Virus record (IMG/VR): IMGVR_UViG_3300021431_000098
Origin: an uncultured virus (IMG/VR IMGVR_UViG_3300021431_000098)
Lineage: Duplodnaviria > Heunggongvirae > Uroviricota > Caudoviricetes > Crassvirales
Direction: 5' to 3' (one strand)
DNA length: 29,257 nt
Positions within the stretch are counted from its first letter, which is position 1. The number at the start of each line of letters is the position of its first letter. Under the pieces are notes generated by a model that was given only the letters and a program-made list of their open reading frames with translations, was not told the origin of the DNA and searched no databases. This document shows, piece by piece, positions 26,951 through 29,257 of the stretch. The translations under genes were made by a program, and so were the position numbers.

Positions 26951-27050
26951 TATCGTAACGTCTTTGAGTTTTACTAGCTCCAGCTTTAGCAATAGGGGCT
27001 CTATTCTTTCTAGGAGGATTACTTGTTTGTTTATTTGTTTTATTTGCCAT
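26931..27050 (-). CDS. Unannotated basic peptide, 39 aa: MANKTNKQTSNPPRKNRAPIAKAGASKTQRRYDNGGKVK
   Basis: ATG at 27050 to TAA at 26931. It exactly fills the gap, overlaps both neighbours (11 and 20 nt), and uses the A/T-ending codons typical of the phage. Confidence 0.65.
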   Translation of the reverse strand: MANKTNKQTSNPPRKNRAPIAKAGASKTQRRYDNGGKVK

Positions 27051-27288
27051 ATCTAAAGTTTTTAAATATTGTTTCACTTAAAGCATTAGCTATAACATTT
27101 CGTCCAAAATCTTCTTCATTTTCTTTATTATAATTTCTAAGACGAGCATATTCAATAGCTAATAGTTTCTTTAACATTAAATTATTTTCATGAGTTTCTC
27201 TGCATAATTGTTTATAATTAGGACTTCTAATAAAATCTCTTAACTCTTTAAGAGTATTAAGAACAAAAGTTTCTTCTTTATAAGTCAT
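27040..27288 (-). CDS. Hypothetical protein (82 aa)
   Basis: ORF track. Helical, with ETHENNLMLK and ENEEDFGRNVIAN motifs. Confidence 0.65.
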   Translation of the reverse strand: MTYKEETFVLNTLKELRDFIRSPNYKQLCRETHENNLMLKKLLAIEYARLRNYNKENEEDFGRNVIANALSETIFKNFRYGK

Positions 27289-27290
27289 AA

Positions 27291-27374
27291 TTAAATATTT
27301 AGTTTAAACACCTCCACGATGCCCGCGACAACTCCACCACCAAAGACCATCTGTATTATGTTAATCCATTCCAT
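27291..27374 (-). pseudogene. 27-codon ORF MEWINIIQMVFGGGVVAGIVEVFKLNI, probably a truncated N-terminus of a holin-like membrane protein
   Basis: A single hydrophobic Gly-rich helix with GC-richer codons (GCG, GGC, GTG) that ends where the composition drops back to very AT-rich at about 27305. Confidence 0.4.
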
Positions 27375-27377
27375 ATT

Positions 27378-27452
27378 TTAGATTTTTACAATCATTATCA
27401 TCGCCACTACCACTATAGTAACCATTCCGCCTATTTGTTCAATCGTTATCAT
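27378..27452 (-). CDS. Possible 24-aa hydrophobic peptide MITIEQIGGMVTIVVVAMIMIVKI
   Basis: Short ORF packed between neighbours and resembling a single TM helix. May be a remnant. Confidence 0.3.
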   Translation of the reverse strand: MITIEQIGGMVTIVVVAMIMIVKI

Positions 27453-27509
27453 GTTTTTAGCAATTAATTATCAAATGCCACCGCATCTTATCAACAATTC
27501 CCTTCCTCA

Positions 27510-29257
27510 TTAATGCGTAGTTTTAATAATAACTCTTATATCCCCATCAACATTACTAATATTGATAGCAGCGTTGGCAGAATCGTAAGCAGTACTGGTT
27601 ATATCCACTCCATTCATCTCAACATACACAGAACTCAATGTAGCATTTGACCAAACAGCGAAAGTAATACTATAACTTCCACCCGTAGCAACACATTTAG
27701 TATTTGCATCTGTACCTCCCACTGTGGCAAAATTAGCAAACACCTCTACCTGATTTTGATATTGGTATTTACCTGCCAAACCAGTATTAAGTTCTGCATC
27801 ATCATCAAAAGCTGCCAAAACACATGATTTAGCAATCTCCATAGTCTTTTGAGTAGGTTCAGTGTAGGTACTTTCGCCATACCCCATTCCCGCATTAGTA
27901 GCAAAAACCTGCATTTCAGCATAAGTCCCATAACCATCAACTGCTGCCACACTTTCTCCCAAAGGTCTCATAACGGCTTCATACAAACACGCAGATGCAA
28001 TCCAACAACCGATACCCCAATCTAAATGATTAGCATCCTTACGCAAGTTTCCTTGACTGCCCAATGCAACCATCCATGTATTTCTTGCATTTGCCAAAGC
28101 CATAGCAGTAGGATAGTAATCAATACCAAACTCATTTTTTATCTGTTTGGCAGTACTGATTATCGAACTATAAGTAGGAGTACTTGTATTGTTATCAGCA
28201 AACCCACTGTTTAATATAATTCTAGGTGCTTTAAGTTCATTTACTTTGCAGTAGTTGCTAATGTACTTAATTATAAATTCTAAAGAGGTGGCTTGTGATG
28301 TAGTCCATGTATTATCATCAGAATGACTTCTCTGCAAACTAACCACATCCCAACCTCTGTTAAGTATGGTATCTAATGTTTTTGAGCCTATATTTTTTCC
28401 CCATCCTACAGTGTCTACACTATTAAATTCTTGATAACCCATTGTTTGATTAGCTACAATTCTTTGTGCTAACTCCTGCAACATGAAAGACCCTACATAC
28501 ACATTCCCAACAATAATATCCTTATGCCCACTTTTATACAACAAAAATGGAAGCTGTGATACTGTATTAGCTCCGTGTGAAGAGCCGATTAATAATACCT
28601 TAAGCTCATTTTTAACATCTAATTCCGGCAATGCCTCTGGTTTTATTACAGTATGCGGTTCAAAATAGGGTTCATAGTCAGAGGGAGTAAAATCAGGATT
28701 ATAGGTATCACCAACTAACTCCAACATGATTGTATTAGTAGAATCTATTGTATTAGTTGCTATATTAAATTGAACAAACGCAGCTGTTGGAGGAGTTAAA
28801 AATTGACCATTAATAGACAAACCACTAGTGCCAGGCATTATATAATTACTACCCGCACTTTCTGTTGAAGGATTAAGCACTTGCATCTTTGTGGTTCCAT
28901 CAGATGCAAGACATCTAATATTTCCTCCTCCATTAATGGTTCCGCCAGATATACAATAATACTTGTTTGGTTCTATAGGAATTGGTTTTGTACACTTATT
29001 ATAAGTCCAGCCTGATTGAGTTGTTATAATTCCACTCGTATTAACAATCCTATTATCTATAATTTCAGACTTGTTGAAAAGATTTTTTGATGTTTGTACC
29101 TCCGTAACATCACTGATTTTATCATTAACCTCATTAACGGCACCTACTATGGTATCTTTATTGGTGGTTTCTAAAGCATTAACATCACCTATCTTATCCA
29201 AGTTTTCTTGATTATTCTTACTCGAAATTACCTCATAGGTTTCACATTTAGGTCTAT
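27510..29257 (-). CDS. Tail fibre/spike-like protein with an SGNH/GDSL (DUF4886-like) esterase domain and a C-terminal Ig-like domain; 5' end lies outside the window
   Basis: The frame stays open upstream of the TTG at 29201 to the window edge (RPKCETYEVISSKNNQENLDK). Fibre-type IGDVNALETTNKDTIVGAVNEV motif; SGNH blocks LKVLLIGSSHG, WDVVSLQ and DANHLDWGIG; C-terminal VEMNGVDITSTAY...ISNVDGDIRVII beta-sandwich. Confidence 0.7.
   Translation of the reverse strand, partial: RPKCETYEVISSKNNQENLDKIGDVNALETTNKDTIVGAVNEVNDKISDVTEVQTSKNLFNKSEIIDNRIVNTSGIITTQSGWTYNKCTKPIPIEPNKYYCISGGTINGGGNIRCLASDGTTKMQVLNPSTESAGSNYIMPGTSGLSINGQFLTPPTAAFVQFNIATNTIDSTNTIMLELVGDTYNPDFTPSDYEPYFEPHTVIKPEALPELDVKNELKVLLIGSSHGANTVSQLPFLLYKSGHKDIIVGNVYVGSFMLQELAQRIVANQTMGYQEFNSVDTVGWGKNIGSKTLDTILNRGWDVVSLQRSHSDDNTWTTSQATSLEFIIKYISNYCKVNELKAPRIILNSGFADNNTSTPTYSSIISTAKQIKNEFGIDYYPTAMALANARNTWMVALGSQGNLRKDANHLDWGIGCWIASACLYEAVMRPLGESVAAVDGYGTYAEMQVFATNAGMGYGESTYTEPTQKTMEIAKSCVLAAFDDDAELNTGLAGKYQYQNQVEVFANFATVGGTDANTKCVATGGSYSITFAVWSNATLSSVYVEMNGVDITSTAYDSANAAINISNVDGDIRVIIKTTH

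Noticed and set aside
1256..28668. Plus-strand ORFs and the nested minus-strand ORFs 11572-11793 and 27746-27952 in the ORF track
   Set aside because: All are short and lie antisense to, or out of frame within, long credible genes. Their Ser/Ile/Phe-rich composition is typical of shadow ORFs.
1..29257. Stop-codon reassignment (TAG or TGA), common in some crAss lineages
   Set aside because: Multi-kilobase ORFs are intact under the standard code, and TAG (15922) and TGA (20631, 23059) occur as apparent true stops at gene junctions.
27510..29257. Diversity-generating retroelement target in the fibre gene
   Set aside because: No template/variable repeat pair or reverse transcriptase is visible in the window.

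Overview
AT-rich segment of a crAss-like phage (Crassvirales, probable Bacteroidota host). All credible genes are on the minus strand and use the standard genetic code. In the direction of transcription (right to left) the window holds: (1) the C-terminal part of a tail-fibre/spike-like protein with an SGNH (DUF4886-like) esterase domain that looks recently swapped in; (2) an accessory block with an unannotated 39-aa basic peptide, a membrane protein, a holin-like protein, an HTH protein and a six-gene cassette led by a Gly/Asn/Cys-rich 317-aa protein; (3) the conserved crAss tail module (ring protein, IHF-like protein, ring/tail-tubular protein, muzzle); (4) the ejected cargo proteins, ending in the N-terminal 1458 codons of the giant virion RNA polymerase, which the ORF track missed. 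Non-coding signals of note: a dispersed CCCCCCGTA(A)GAAGAA motif (7 copies, both strands, 5 inside genes); two long imperfect palindromes (about 260 bp and 105 bp) with Bacteroidota TAnnTTTG promoter boxes inside them; a GC/AT 10-bp periodic tract inside a cargo gene; and Shine-Dalgarno sites in front of two cassette genes. Protein family calls come from motif recognition and gene order only; no database search was run.
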